A stretch of 64,000 nt of DNA, from positions 12,028,001 to 12,092,000 of the forward strand of contig JBHGNT010000005.1 of NCBI GenBank assembly GCA_043228905.1, written 5' to 3'. The notes below the pieces were generated by a model. The model searched no databases. It was given only the letters and a program-made list of their open reading frames with translations, and was not told the origin of the DNA. The stretch is from Azolla caroliniana (lineage: Eukaryota > Plantae > Polypodiophyta). A program made the position numbers and the translations under genes. Of the stretch, positions 33,447 to 46,900 are shown in pieces; within the stretch, counting starts at the first letter, position 1; every line of letters begins with the position of its first letter.

Positions 33447-36284
33447 AACCAAACCCTTTTTCTATATCTTGCATCCAACCGGAACACAACATTTTGCTTT
33501 TATGTGTCTTTTGGATCTTTTTGCTTGCTTCCCACACAATTCTAGGAAGTTGATATGAGGGACTTTTTTGAACCTTAAGCATGTATTCAACAACCCTTTC
33601 CATGGCCATGATCTCAATGGGAAGTGATCCTGTCTCAAGGAGGAGGGTGTAGGGTGTTTGTTTCTTAACTTGTAGAAACTTTGTAAGAAAATGTTTGTGG
33701 ACATTTTCAAACTCTTTCCACATAGATTTAGGGATGTTACCACCCCATACTTCCACCCCATAGAGACGAACCGGTGTCACCAAAGTGTCGAAAAGATATT
33801 TCTTGAGGACCCAACACTTAATATCTCCAAGATTGCATGTGTTCTCAAATGCATAGTGTGCTCGCTTACCCACCTCTAAGCGGCATGTAACACATTCATT
33901 CCATCTATGATTTGAAGGAACTGCAAGGCCAAGATATTTGAAGCTTTCCACACATTCAAGTGGCTTATTGTTGTACATAATGCATGGTTTATCTCTGTTT
34001 TGGCTCTTCACAAGCATAATCTTCATAGTGTTGGTGAGATTGGGCATCCTTGCTTAACACCAATAGTGCTTTTGAAAAAATCTGAAAGTTTATCTCTCAT
34101 GCGCACACAACATATAACCTTCTCATAAATTCGGGAAATTGCAAGCATATATTCACTTGGCACCTCACGTTCTTCAAAGATGCTCATGAGGTACCATATC
34201 AAAAGCTTTCTTGAAGTCTACAAAGCAACAATATAAAGCTTTACCTCTAAGGCGACTTTCCTTCATTAATACTCGAAGGGTGATAAGGTGACCAATGGTG
34301 CTATGGTGTTTTCGAAAGCCAACTTGTCCATAACCTCTCTTACCATTTTTTTCAGCCCATACACTTATCTTTGATTCCATTATACATCCAAATAGTTTTC
34401 CCATTAATGAGCCAACCATGATGGTTCGATAGTTGTTTACATTATTTACATCTCCACCTTTATGTAAAGGTTTGATCCAATTTTTAGTCCAATCGTACGG
34501 CATACCATGTTGCAATGCATCATTAAACATATCTCTTATCTATTGATGTGCTTCCTTTCCCGTCCATTTGAGCATTTCAACCTTTATACATTGAAGATCG
34601 CTTGCCTTTCGAGAGGCCAATTTCTTAAGTCCTATGCATATATCTTCAATTGTAAAGAAGGGAGACATATGTGAAAGAGAACCATAACACATCATCTTTC
34701 CGGCAAGAGATAACTCATATAAATTCTTACAATGCATAGACAAGTCGTGAAGAGTTAAGTCACCATAACTCTCAACACGTTTCTCCTTTAGATTTCCCCA
34801 AAATTTAGCACATGCATGTGCTTTCTCTTGCATTTGGATAAATTGTTGATTAACTTCCCATATTCTTCTCTTTCTTTGAATAAGCCTTTTATACTCATGC
34901 AAATGCTTTTGGTAATTCCCTTTATCCTTAACTACATCCAGAACCATAAGGCACTTTTGAGCTTCATGACATTCTTTATCAAACCATTTTTTCCTAAGTT
35001 TCTTGGTGCATTTCCAAGATGTGAGGTTGGTCAAAAAACACTTGTTTGTACAGGAGAGAATGACTTTCTTGAAAGCTTCCCATTTGCATTCTAGTATCTT
35101 TGTCATTTGTAACATATCCTCAACCATCTTGGAATACATGGGTGCTCGCTTAAGGTTCATGCTCAAGTGTGGTTGTTTATTATCTTCAATAGTCTTCTCA
35201 CAATCAAACCTATGCATACATTTGAGATCAATACATAAAGGCCTATGATCGGATTCCGGTGTCCATTCACCAAGTGAGAATTTATGTATACGATCCAAAA
35301 TACCTTCGGAAAGTAGCACATAGTCAATCACACTTCCCAAATTGGTCCGGATCTTTTTCATCGCTAGAAGAGCGGATATACATTTGCATATGCTCTTGCA
35401 TCCTTGAGATATGTGGCATGAAAGATTCTTGTGAATTAAGTTGGAAACTTCTTGTACGAGCATTCATTTCACCAAAGACAATAACTTCCCCTTTGGATTT
35501 GAAATAAGCAATATCATCTTCTAGATTGGCAAAAGGTTGATCTTTATCCAAACAAGCATAAAAGTTAGAATCTTGATGAGGAATGTAACATCCAACTACA
35601 AAAATGGGCAAATCATTGGGTTTTTCTATTTTGAGCCATATGTATTATTTATGTTCATCATTTTTTATGATTGACACATATTTCTCTATTTCCTTCTTAA
35701 TCAAACATGCCACCCCTCCTTGTCCTCTTCTTTGTCTTGGATTTTTCTTCCATATCAAAGAGTGTACATTATAGTTTCCTAAACCTTGAATCCTTTGAGT
35801 ATCGTGCTCCCATGTTTCAACAAGAAGTGTGATATCCGAGTCATTGGTGAACTCCTCTATGCCAAATCCCGCATTCCATGGGTATCCATTGCAATAGGTC
35901 ACGTGTCCCTATTTGTCTACATTTCCATCTTTAGGCACATCCTTAACCTTATTTTTCAATCTTCATATGCTTTACGACGAGCATTTTGTTGTGAGATAGT
36001 ACGATCTTCACTCATAAAGCATTGTGTACCTTTGAGGTATACCCAACTATTTTCGAGTATGATCCGTCGCTTTGTATAATCTGTCATTGTGCATACAATA
36101 GGCCTTTCTCCGGAGCGAGTGACACCATGTTTCCCAACTCGGTGTGCCCCATATACATTCACATCTAACATCCCATAATGCATGCTTAAAAATTCACCAA
36201 TGGTCTTTCCAAGGGATGCGGGTGTTTCCATACTCTCTTCTTTAATCCCACGGACGGCAATGTTCTTTGATCGTCGTTCACGTT

Positions 36285-39200
36285 CATAGATTGACATATT
36301 CGCATTCGTGGGGCCTCCCCCACGAATACCAACGAATACGCATAAGAATACATCTTCCAATATTCGTTAACTTTTTTTTTCCCCGTTTTTTTCCCTAATT
36401 ATTTTTTGAAAAAATGTATTCGACAAGTAGCGAATAGGGAAGAGCTCTGTAGGGAATAGCAATCAATAGGGAACAGTGAACACCATCAAACATTGGCTCC
36501 TTCAAATTTAAGGTTCGCCTACGTCCTTTCCTCCTGCGTAAGACATACGTTTGGGCAAAACTCGGGCAAAACTCGGTAAGACTTTCTCTCTTCTACATTT
36601 CCTCATGTACTTTGTGATGTTTGACGTCCCAACCTCCTGCTATTGATAATTGTATCTAGATAATGAATTTCTACTCTTTTTACTCCTTTGAATGCATATA
36701 AGTCTATAACCATGACCATTGGTTAGTGACAGTCCTACTAAGGCATATAAAGAAAATGATAAGCTGTGTAATTGAACCAATTTTGAGAAAAAGGTATCCT
36801 ATCTCCCCACCTATGCTTGGTAATGATGAGGAATCAAGATCGTATGGAAATAACTCCATGGAATATGAAGATGTTAGGAGCTATGGTGATGAAAACATAT
36901 TGAAAATAATTGCATGGATTATGAATATGCTATGGGTTTTTTATCAATTGGGTCATTTAATATAGTGTATTTTGTTGCATAATTTAGTCATAGTATCTTG
37001 AGTAAATTGGTTGTGGAGGCATTCTATTTGAGACCTCTTTCTATATATTGCTTCCTGAAAATTAGGGTTTGGGCAAAATTGGTTGTCCAATAATCCATGA
37101 TTTATTCATGCAATGATCATAAGATTAGATTTTAATTGGAGGCATTGTAGGATCATCCAAACTTAATTAGATTTTAATTAGAGGCTGGATTAATGAAGAT
37201 TTTGGATAAAAAAGTCTCTTAAAATTATTCCCTGAAAAATTAGGGTTTTGCCAAAGCTCATTAAGTCTCTCTTCTCATCTCAATGTTGTCCAATCTTCTG
37301 TGATTTATTCATGCTAGCATTGTAGGATTATGCAATTATAATAGATTTTAATTAGAGGTAGGATTAATGAAGATTTTGGCTAACGATGGATTTAATTCAT
37401 TTTTAGGTATCAAATTAATCTCTTTCAGGATCAGTTGAAGGTTAATTTAGTAAATGGTGAAGCAAAAGAGCCTCGAATGGAATCATGTGACCGTTTTGAG
37501 AAAACATGATAAGGGTATGCTTGTTGTTCAATGCAAACATTGTCACCATGTATTTGTTGGTGGCCCCTTTCGAATTAGAGCTCACTTGTTGGGCTTGAAA
37601 GGTTTAGGTGTTGACAAATGCCTTCAAATTGATGCTGTTATAAAAGCTGAAGTACAAAAAATGGTATCTGGTTGTGCAAATGTTGACATGAATGGTGAGT
37701 CATCAATGGAATACAATGCTGAAAATTGTAGCACAAATGTTGATATGAATGTGGAATCAACATCTATCAATGAAACACCTTCATCATCGTTTGGTAATGG
37801 ATCAACAAGTAAAAAGATGAAAGTAGACAATGTTGAAACTTTGAAGGTGTTATGGCAAAAGCAACTTGATAAAAATGTTGATGAAGCAATCATGAGGTTT
37901 TTTTTTGTAGAGGATATACCGGATTAATAAAAGTTGTGGCACTTGTTGGGCCTTCTTATAATGATGAAGTACATATTTTCGTGAATTAATAAAAGTTGTG
38001 GCACTTGCTGGGCCTTCTTATGAGCCACCATCTCCTAATCAATTGCGCAAAAGGCACTTGAATGAAGAGGTGAAATATGTTGAAAATGAGATTATGCAAA
38101 TTAGAGAAAAATGGAAAACTATTGGATGCACTATTGTGAGTGATGGTTGCGCAAAAGGCACTTGAATGAAGAGGTGAAATATGTTGAAAATGAGATTATG
38201 CAAATTAGAGAAAAATGGAAAACTATTGGATGCACTATTGTGAGTGATGGTTGGTCAGATACCAAGAATAGACCGATACTTAATGTCATGGCTACTTCTG
38301 CGTATGACACTGTGTTTCTGAAATCAATTGACACTAGTGGATAATATAAATCGGGAGAGTATATCTTTAAGATTTTAAAGGATGTTATTATTGATATTGG
38401 CCCATCAAATGTTCTGCAAGTTTGTATGGACAATGCAACTAATTGTGTAGTAGCTAGGAGGATGATAGAGAAAGAGTGGCCCATGATCTTTTTTACCAGA
38501 TGCACATGTCATTGCATCGATTTGTTGTTTGAAGATATTGGAAAATGTGCTTGGGTTCATGATGTTTTGAAATTAGCTACAAAGGTAATCGTGTTTATTA
38601 CACGAAAACAATATTCTTTGGCAATGTTTCGTAAGTTTAGTGAGAAAGAATTGTTAAAGCCTTCCACTACTAGATTTGCCTATAGTTTTATCATGTTGTC
38701 TAACTTATTGGATGATAGAGTCAAAGGTGGATTAAGAAGAATGGTGGTTAGTGAACAATGGTGTCAATGGAAAGGATAAAAAACACAACTGGGAGAAGAA
38801 ATAGTTTCAATTATACTTGATGCTTCTTTTTGGGGAAATATAAAGAAGATCGTAAAGATATGCAAGCCAATCCTAAAAGTTCTTAGATTGGCGGATAGAG
38901 AAGGTGCAACCATGGGTTTAATTTATGAATGTACTCATCGTATGAAAGAAGAAATAAACCACATTGAAGATGTAGATCATTTATTGCTTGATGAAATTCA
39001 GGGAATATGTATGCAAAGATGGACAACGCTACATTCACCATTGCATGCAACTGGCTTTATTTTGCATCCAATTTGGAGAGAAAAAATTCAAGATATTGAT
39101 GAGAAGCTGAATACAAGTTGGATGGAAACTATTATGCGGTATACTAATGGTGATATACCTTTATGTGGTGTTTTATTAGATGAATTCTATGCTTATAAAA

Positions 39201-39955
39201 CTCAACAAAAGAGTTCATTTCAAGTTCCTATGGCAAATGATCCAACTAGAATGCATAATGCAATTAAGTGGTGGGAAACATTTGGAGCAAGCACTCCAAA
39301 CTTAAAATGCTTGCAATTCGTGTGCTTTCTCAAGGTTCATGTGCATCTTCTTGTGAAAGAAATTGGAGTACATTCTCATCGATACATACAAAAAAAAGAA
39401 ATAGATTGACTCATGCTCATGTTGAGAAATTGGTTTACATACATATAAATCATTGTCTCATTAGAAGAATAAGGGAAAGGGGATTATGCCTAATTGAAGC
39501 ACCCTTAGATATGATCAACAAAGAAGATGATGATGAGAGACTTTTGAGAATGCAAAATCAAGCTATTGATGAAAATGAAGCTCATAAGGACATTAGTGAT
39601 GAACTTGAAGATACGGATGATGAATGTGATAGTGCATAGACTCTTAAATTTCGAAGCATTACTTAGAAGTTAGAAATTAGAACCTAGAACTTAGAAATTA
39701 GAATATAACGGTTCATAATCGCTTTAATTAAAACTTTTCTTTCTTATGTTAGTGTGATTTTGAAGACCTTCCATTTTTCTGTTAATTGGTGATTTTTCCT
39801 TCTTTTTTTAAGTGAATTGAATCATTTTTATTATGTAAATTTATTTTCTATAAACGAATGGTTTTATAATATTCTTGGAGCAATTTTATATTCTCGAATA
39901 CTACGAATATTGCGGATGTCGAATACCACGCATATCACGCATGGGTCAATCTATG
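36285..39955 (+). mobile_element. hAT DNA transposon with a degenerate BED-finger / DUF659-type transposase
   Basis: 11-bp TIR CATAGATTGAC and perfect 8-bp TSD TTCACGTT (36277-36284 / 39956-39963), with subterminal CGAATA repeats. Motifs CKHC..RIRAHL, SDGWSD, CTCHCID, TRFA and CERNWS. Confidence 0.95.
37454..39639 (+). pseudogene. hAT transposase (stops, frameshifts, internal duplications)
   Basis: ORF pieces 37454-37927, 38147-38344, 38426-38779, 38888-39409 and 39268-39639. Confidence 0.85.
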
Positions 39956-40700
39956 TTCACGTTCTTTCAATTCTCGGACATCTATGCTTTCTATATTCTT
40001 CGATGCATCACATGCATATTAGATGAGTTTGATACCACATCCCCACCACATACATCGGCCCATGACTTCGTTGTACATACATTTTTCATCTCACTTACAT
40101 CTTGCCTTATCGTCTCCAATTTTTCTTCTTTTAATGCTTCCTTTAACTCAAGCTTGTTAAGGCGCCTCATTGTTTCAAAAGAAGCTCTTTTACATTCTTG
40201 AATCTCTTCTTGAAGTTTTGCAACCACTTGTTTAAGACTTTCATTCTCAATGACAACAATTTGGAGCTTAGCATTCTCTTTCATTAACGTCCTAATCTCT
40301 TCACCTTGATTGTTTATGGTTTCTTGAAGAGAAATCAAGTGACTCATAAGCATTTTGTCCATTGCATTGGAATCGAGATTTGTTGGTGATCTCGGCTCAT
40401 TATCAATCATACCCCCGAACTTTGTGGCGGCTTTACGAGTATTTTCCATTGTAGGGACAAACCCTACGGGAAGAGAGAGACAGAGAGGGAGGGAGAGAGA
40501 ATGTACCTTTCACTTGATTTAGGGTTTCAAAATCTACCTTGCGTTTGAGGAACCGTGGGGCAAAAATGGTTGCAGATGAAAATGCTCATAATTCTCGCCA
40601 CGGTAACGGAATTTAGTAAATGAACATTCTTTAGAAAGCTCTCGGAAATAGCTTTCCAACGAGCTATAGAACTTAGAAAATGATGGGCAGAGTGAACTTA

Positions 40701-41016
40701 CAGAGAGAGAGAGAGAGAGAGAGCAGAAACTACAAACTATATTCAAAATAATTCTCTGTATATTCTCTATACATATTTCGTGCTCAGTGAGCACCTTTTA
40801 TACAAGCCCTGACTATTGGGCTGACACAAGTACTGTTAGTACTTGACCGCTCATAAATGAGCCTTCTACACTAACTCCCAAAACTATTCCTTACGAGGAA
40901 TAACGTTCTAACGGCCTTTCGGTTTAAATACTGCCACAACCATATTTTGCGTACGGTTTTATGCACCCAGTCTATGTACTGGGTTACGTACCCAATGTTG
41001 AGCTTGTCTCTCAACA
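40701..41016 (-). mobile_element. Partial Copia LTR (family of 53620), inserted in gag of F
   Basis: The reverse complement starts TGTTGAGAGACAAGCTC and aligns with 53620-53900. It is cut by the LINE at its (CT)n tract. Confidence 0.8.
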
Positions 41017-41225
41017 GGTATGTTGAGTCAAATTTGACTCCGACTGGACTAGGACACCCTTGTCCTTCTTTCTCGCGTCCTCATTCAGGATGCTTGTCTT
41101 CACCACTTGTAAAGACAAGTTCTCTTCTTGAAAGTAGCCACCAGGTTCTCCCAGCTATCCGGAAGCGTGCACTTCAGTAGGATCGCCTGCATCACATCAT
41201 CAAGGGGAAACATGGTTGCGGCAAG
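41017..41225 (-). pseudogene. Copia gag fragment (probably element F)
   Basis: Reads ..LAATMFPLDDVMQAILLKCTLPDSWENLVATF on the minus strand and joins in frame with 49866-50065 across element I. Confidence 0.75.
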
Positions 41226-41492
41226 TGTCATGATATGGCAACACTCGAACCCATGACCTTATGTTACATGGGTCGAGCTCTTGAACATTAGACTATATGT
41301 TATAATACAAAGGATATAATTTTTATTAAAGTTTTACTATAGAAAAATAATGTATATTCTAGATTTCTTTGGAACATTATAGAAACTTCAGGAGTACTCC
41401 TGAGAACACTATAAAAGGAGGCACAAGGCATTATTTCTAAGCCTCCTAGCCATCCTTGTATATTATTTTCGCATAACATATCACTGTCATCA

Positions 41493-41570
<78 letters not shown>

Positions 41571-41574
<4 letters not shown>

Positions 41575-42961
41575 ACACTATTTGTTTGGTCTATGCATTG
41601 ATGAATTGGAAGAAATGGTTACCAAGTTTGCAAAGGAAGAATGTGTTGAAGAAGCTGCTATTGGGAATGTTGTGATTATGATTTTGCTATATGCAGATGA
41701 TGTACTGTTTTTTGCAAATACTTTAGGAGATGCACAAAAGCTTATGAAGGCATTGGAAAAAATTTGCATGCATACTAAATTAAGTGTCAATAGCTCTAAA
41801 ACAAAGATTATGCTTGTGAAGAGCCAAAACAGAGATAAACCATGCATTATGTACAACAATGAGCCACTTGAATGTGTGGAAAGCTTCAAATATCTTGGCC
41901 TTGCAGTTCCTTCAAATCATAGATGGAATGAATGTGCTACACGCCGCTTAGAGGTGGGTAAGCAAGCATACTATGCATTTGAGAACACATGCAATCTTGG
42001 AGATATTAAGTGTTGGGTCCTCAAGAAATATCTTTTCGACACTTTGGTGACACCAGTTCTTCTCTATGGGGTGGAAGTATGGGGCGGTAGCATCCCTAAA
42101 TCTATGTAGAAAGAGTTTGAAAATGTCCACAAACATTTTCTTATAAAGTTTCTACAAGTTAAGAAACAAACGCCCTACACCCTCCTCCTTGAGACAGGAT
42201 CGCTTCCCGTTGAGATTATGGCCATGGAAAGGGTTGTTGAATACATGCTTAAGGTTCAAAAAAGTCCCTCACATCGACTTCCTAGAATTGCGTGGGAAGC
42301 AAGCAAAAAGATACAAAAGACGCATAAAAGCAAAATTGTGTGTTCCAGTTGGATGCAAGATATAGAAAAATGGTTTGGTAGATGGGATGTGAGACACTTG
42401 CTTCATGATGCATCATTAGATTCCTCTATAAATGAGGCCTTTTTGCAACGCCAATGTGTCATGACATAGGACAAATGTGGAGACTCACGCTTCACACATT
42501 ATACTACACATGTTGCACCTAACTACAAAACCATATTCTTTGCGGAACGGGGAAATTGTACACATCGATACATATAGAGCCCATACCGTTATCTGCCATT
42601 CGAACCATTGCTTCCATGTGACTTAGCTCACATGCATTGCGATGTGAAACATGGCGTTGGGGCACAATTGATGAGAGTGGTCAGTTATGCACACTTCACC
42701 CTAAACAAGTTTGCGAGTCTGAGTATCACACTTTAATACAATGCTCTGCCTTTGATCATATTCGACCATGCTTTCCACATCTCTTTGACCGAGCCCAATC
42801 CTTGCATGAATTCCTCTCACAACCACAATGTGCACTCTCGATTGCAACATTCATTGGTAAAGTTCTTGAACATCGAGAGTCACTACTCACTTTCACACGT
42901 ATCACGTGAAATGTAATATTTTTTGTCTCATAGGTCATATTTGACCTCCGAAGAGGATAAT

Positions 42962-42966
<5 letters not shown>
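41571..42966 (+). mobile_element. 5'-truncated LINE copy (same family as 33447-40700), flanked by (CT)n on both sides
   Basis: Motifs LLYADD and LLYGVEVWG, and a C-terminal HAL-CETWRW / EYH..IQC region. Near-identical by eye to 33447-34023 (opposite strand). (CT)n tracts at ~41497-41570 and ~42966-43029. Confidence 0.9.
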
Positions 42967-43032
<66 letters not shown>

Positions 43033-43962
43033 TCATTGCACTGTATGATTTTCATTTCCTCGTAGGGCATCTCCATGGATCCAGCTTAAAGGTCAAAACG
43101 ATGGTAGAGTGGCAAACTCCGCGCTCGTTGCGAGATGTGCAATGCTTTTTAGGCTTTGCCAATTTCTACCGCAAGTTTATACAGGATTACTTAAAGCTTG
43201 ATTTGCCTCTCACATAGCTTACTAGGAAGGGACAATCGTTCGTTTGGTCTAAAGAAGCAGACATGGCTTTTGAGAGTCTTAAGAAGGCATTTACATCAGC
43301 ACCTATTCTAGCTCATGTTGATCCGGAAAAACCATTCATCATTGAAGTAGACGCGTCGGATTTTGCCCTGGGTAGCATTCTATCATAACAAGACGATGAT
43401 GAAAAGCTACATCCTATGGCTTTCCACTCAAGTAAATTTGACACCGCCGAAATCAACTATGAAATTCATGATAAGGAGCTATTAGCAATAGTGAACTCTT
43501 TTACGCAATGGAGGCATTTTCTAGAGGGATCTTCTCATCAAGTCACCGTATTCAATAATCACAAAAACCTTGCCTACTTTCAAAATGCTCGTGTGTTAAA
43601 TCGACGTCAAGCTCTGTGGGCCCAATTCCTCATTCATTTCGACTTCAAAAATATATATTGTCTAGGGAAGCAACAAGGGAAGGCAGATGCATTATCACGA
43701 TGTTCATATCTAGCACCGCGTCCCGGTGAGCTGACTTTCAATAACCAAAAGCAAGTAATCTTGGGACTGGCACGACTGCAAGCAACGCAGGTCTTCGGTA
43801 TGCCCTTGGATTCCCACGTTATCGATACCATACTTGAGGACTTGAAGATAGATGTTTTCGCCCAAGCCATTCTAGCACAAATTGATACCTCTCGAGCATC
43901 TTGTTCATAGTCACAACAACCAGGTACGGACTATTGATAATTCGAATGCCATGATGGATTAC

Positions 43963-46900
43963 TGTCAGAAGCAGTACTAAGACGGAGAAGTACTGTCAAG
44001 AACAATTCTAAAATAGAGAAAGAATTAGTACTAAAAGATGAGGATTAGTACTAAGGGAGGTGTAGAACTCTCGAGAGAATAGAAAGAGTGAGAGAGAGAG
44101 TGAGGATAACAAAAGATAATATATTATGTTAAGGGAATATACAATAGTAGCTAGGAGGCTTAAGACTGGCGTTGAACCGATTTGGTTCGAAATAATGCCT
44201 TGTGCCTCCTTTTATAATGTTCTCAGGAGTACTCCTGAAGTTTCTAGAATGTTACTAAATGAAAATAATATCCTTCATATTACAACATATAGTCTAATGG
44301 TCAACAGCTCGACCCATGTAATATAAGGTCATGGGTTTGAGTCTTGCCATATCATGACACTATCCTCCCTTTAAAACGACGAGTGTCACGAGTCCTTTTG
44401 GATTGAGGACCCGGTTTGTCTGGATATTGATGATGGAAGTCTTCAAGAAGAGCACGAGCATTGGTCACATTCTCTATTGGTTCCCAAGTACGCTCGTTGG
44501 GACTATATCCTAGCCAATCGAAAAATAGTACAACTTGTTGCGAACAATCTTGGAATCAAGGATGGCGGAAACCTCGTACTCAGGTTCATCTTCAAGCTCG
44601 ATCGGGGGTGGAGGTTGTTTAATACGACCTGGGATGGTGCTGTCTTGATAGGGTTCGAGGAGAGAACTATGAAACACCGGATGTATCCGAAGTTGTGGAG
44701 ATAGATCGAGATGAAAAGCGACATCATTAATTTTTCCAATAATATGGAAAGGACCTAATCACCGGTAATCCAACTTCTTGCATGGGCGAGTAGTCTTGAT
44801 GTGTCGTCGTAGTAGCCACACCCGATCTCCAATGTCAAAATTGGATGGAAGCTGATGACGATCTGCGTAAAGCTTGTGTGTTTATTGAGCTTGTTGTAGA
44901 TGAGTAGATAAATCCGTTTGTATCTTACATTGCTGCTCCAAACGATCCTCTGCACAAGGATTTGTGGGTAACTCTAGGGTTTCAAATACACACCATCGGG
45001 GGTGGCAACCCATGTAAGCATAAAATGATGTCACCTTTGTCGATGACTGGACAGAGTTATTATATGCAAATTCGGTGAAGTGGAGAATATCCGCCCACTC
45101 ATCTTGATGATAGCTTAAAAAGCACTGAAGATATTGCTCAAGCGTTTGATTTGTTCATTCTGCTTGGTCGTCTGTTTTGTGGGTGGTAGCCGGAGGAGAG
45201 GTTACAAGTGACCTTAAGCATTTTAAAGAGGTGCTTCCAGAACTTCGAGACGAGCTGGGGTTCACAGTCGCTGATGGTACTATCGGGAACATGATGATGA
45301 CATACTTCATGCATGACAATTTTGGGGGTTTCTTCACTTGAGATTTCCTTAATACATGGTAGGAAATGGGCCATCTTTGTATATCAATCTACTACTGTTA
45401 AGATCGCATCGAATCCCTTAGAGACCGGAAGATCTGTGATGAAATCTAGGGCAATGGATTGCCATGGCTTGCTTGCTTGGAATTAGTAATGGTTCTAATA
45501 AACCATATGGATGATGCTTTGGCAGTTTTGCTCTGCAACATGTATCACAAGTGTGAACAAAATCTTCAACAAATTGTCGCATATGGGGCCACCAGAATGA
45601 TCGTTGTACTAAATTATGTGTTTTAGTACTACCAAAATGCCCAATTGTATATGTGTCATGACAGTTTTGGACTACGTGAAGGCAACAAGTACTATTAGGA
45701 ACATACAAGAGTTTCGTAAAGAATAATAATTCATCATGACATTCGAATTGTCAATAGTTCGTACCTGGTTGTTGCGACTATGAACAAGATGCTCGAGAGG
45801 GATCAATTTGTGCTAGAATGTCTTGAGCGAAAACATCTGTCTTCAAGTTCTCATGTATGGTATCGATAACGTGGGAATCCAAGGGCATACCGAAGACTTG
45901 CGTTGATTGCAGTCGTGCCAGTCCTAAGATTACTTGCTTTTGGTTATCGAAAGTCGGCTCACCGGGACGAGGTGCTAGATACGAACATCGTGATAATGCA
46001 TCTGCCTTCCCTTGTTGCTTCCCTGGACAATATGTAATTTTGAAGTCGCATGGAAAGCCACAAGATGTAGCTTTTCATACCACCTTGTTGAGATAGAATG
46101 TTACCCAAGGCGAACTCCGACACGTCTGCTTCAATGATGAATGGTTTTTCTGGATCAACATGAGGTAAAATAAGGGCTAATGTAAATTCCTATCCATGAA
46201 GCAAGAGTTGGCTCCGGAATCTAAGAGTGCTAAGACATGTATTGGAGGAGTACTTTTAGTACTAACCATTACTTGAGCTAAGAACACATTACTAACTTGC
46301 TTAGAGGAAATGGAACCATTAATGGGCTACACAAATCTAGGGTTGTCCAACCAAACAGCTCCTATTTTGGCTGGACTTAATCGTTTAACTCTTCTTCTAG
46401 TTGACTAAGTATTTCAAATTTCTGTGAAAGGCTTGGGCTATTAGGACTATCAGACGCACCTAGAGGAATAGACTCGGGTTTAGTACTATTAGTACTAGCG
46501 GTTATTTGATTTACTTGCCTTTTCGGTCGATGGGGGCAATTCACTGCAATATGCCCCGGTCCACGGCAATAAAGACATAATCGATTTGCCCTACGTCGCT
46601 ACTTTTCTTCTTCCGATAGTGGTCTGTGACGACGTGTGGTGTCGATTTCCATTGTAGTCGGAGTATTTGTTGGAGATGTATTGAATGATTCCCTTGGGAA
46701 AGGCTTTGCTATGATTGAAGCGTAGGTGGGCTCCGATCTTGTCCGCGGCATTTGGAATTGACGTTCTGAACGTCGTTCGAAGAGGCGATTATTGCACCGC
46801 ACTGCACGACTGATTGCTTCTGTCAATCACTTTGGCTCCTCGGGGAAAGTTAAGAGTAAATCTTTAACATCATTATGCAGGCCAAAACGAAATTGCTCCA

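Larger units (their letters stand above)
33447..40700 (-). mobile_element. LINE (ORF1 + APE-endonuclease/RT ORF2), 3'-truncated, interrupted by a hAT
   Basis: ORF1 40449-39964 (coiled coil) continues at 36284-35956. Endonuclease motifs LLVETW, GQGGVA, IDYVL and ESDHRPL; RT motifs FVDFKKAFDMV and GVKQGCP. The YADD segment is deleted at ~34025. The 5' end abuts (AG)n at 40701. Confidence 0.85.

Noticed and set aside
41300-41578. ER-repeat and SL-repeat ORFs
   Set aside because: Translations of (CT)n/(AG)n microsatellites.
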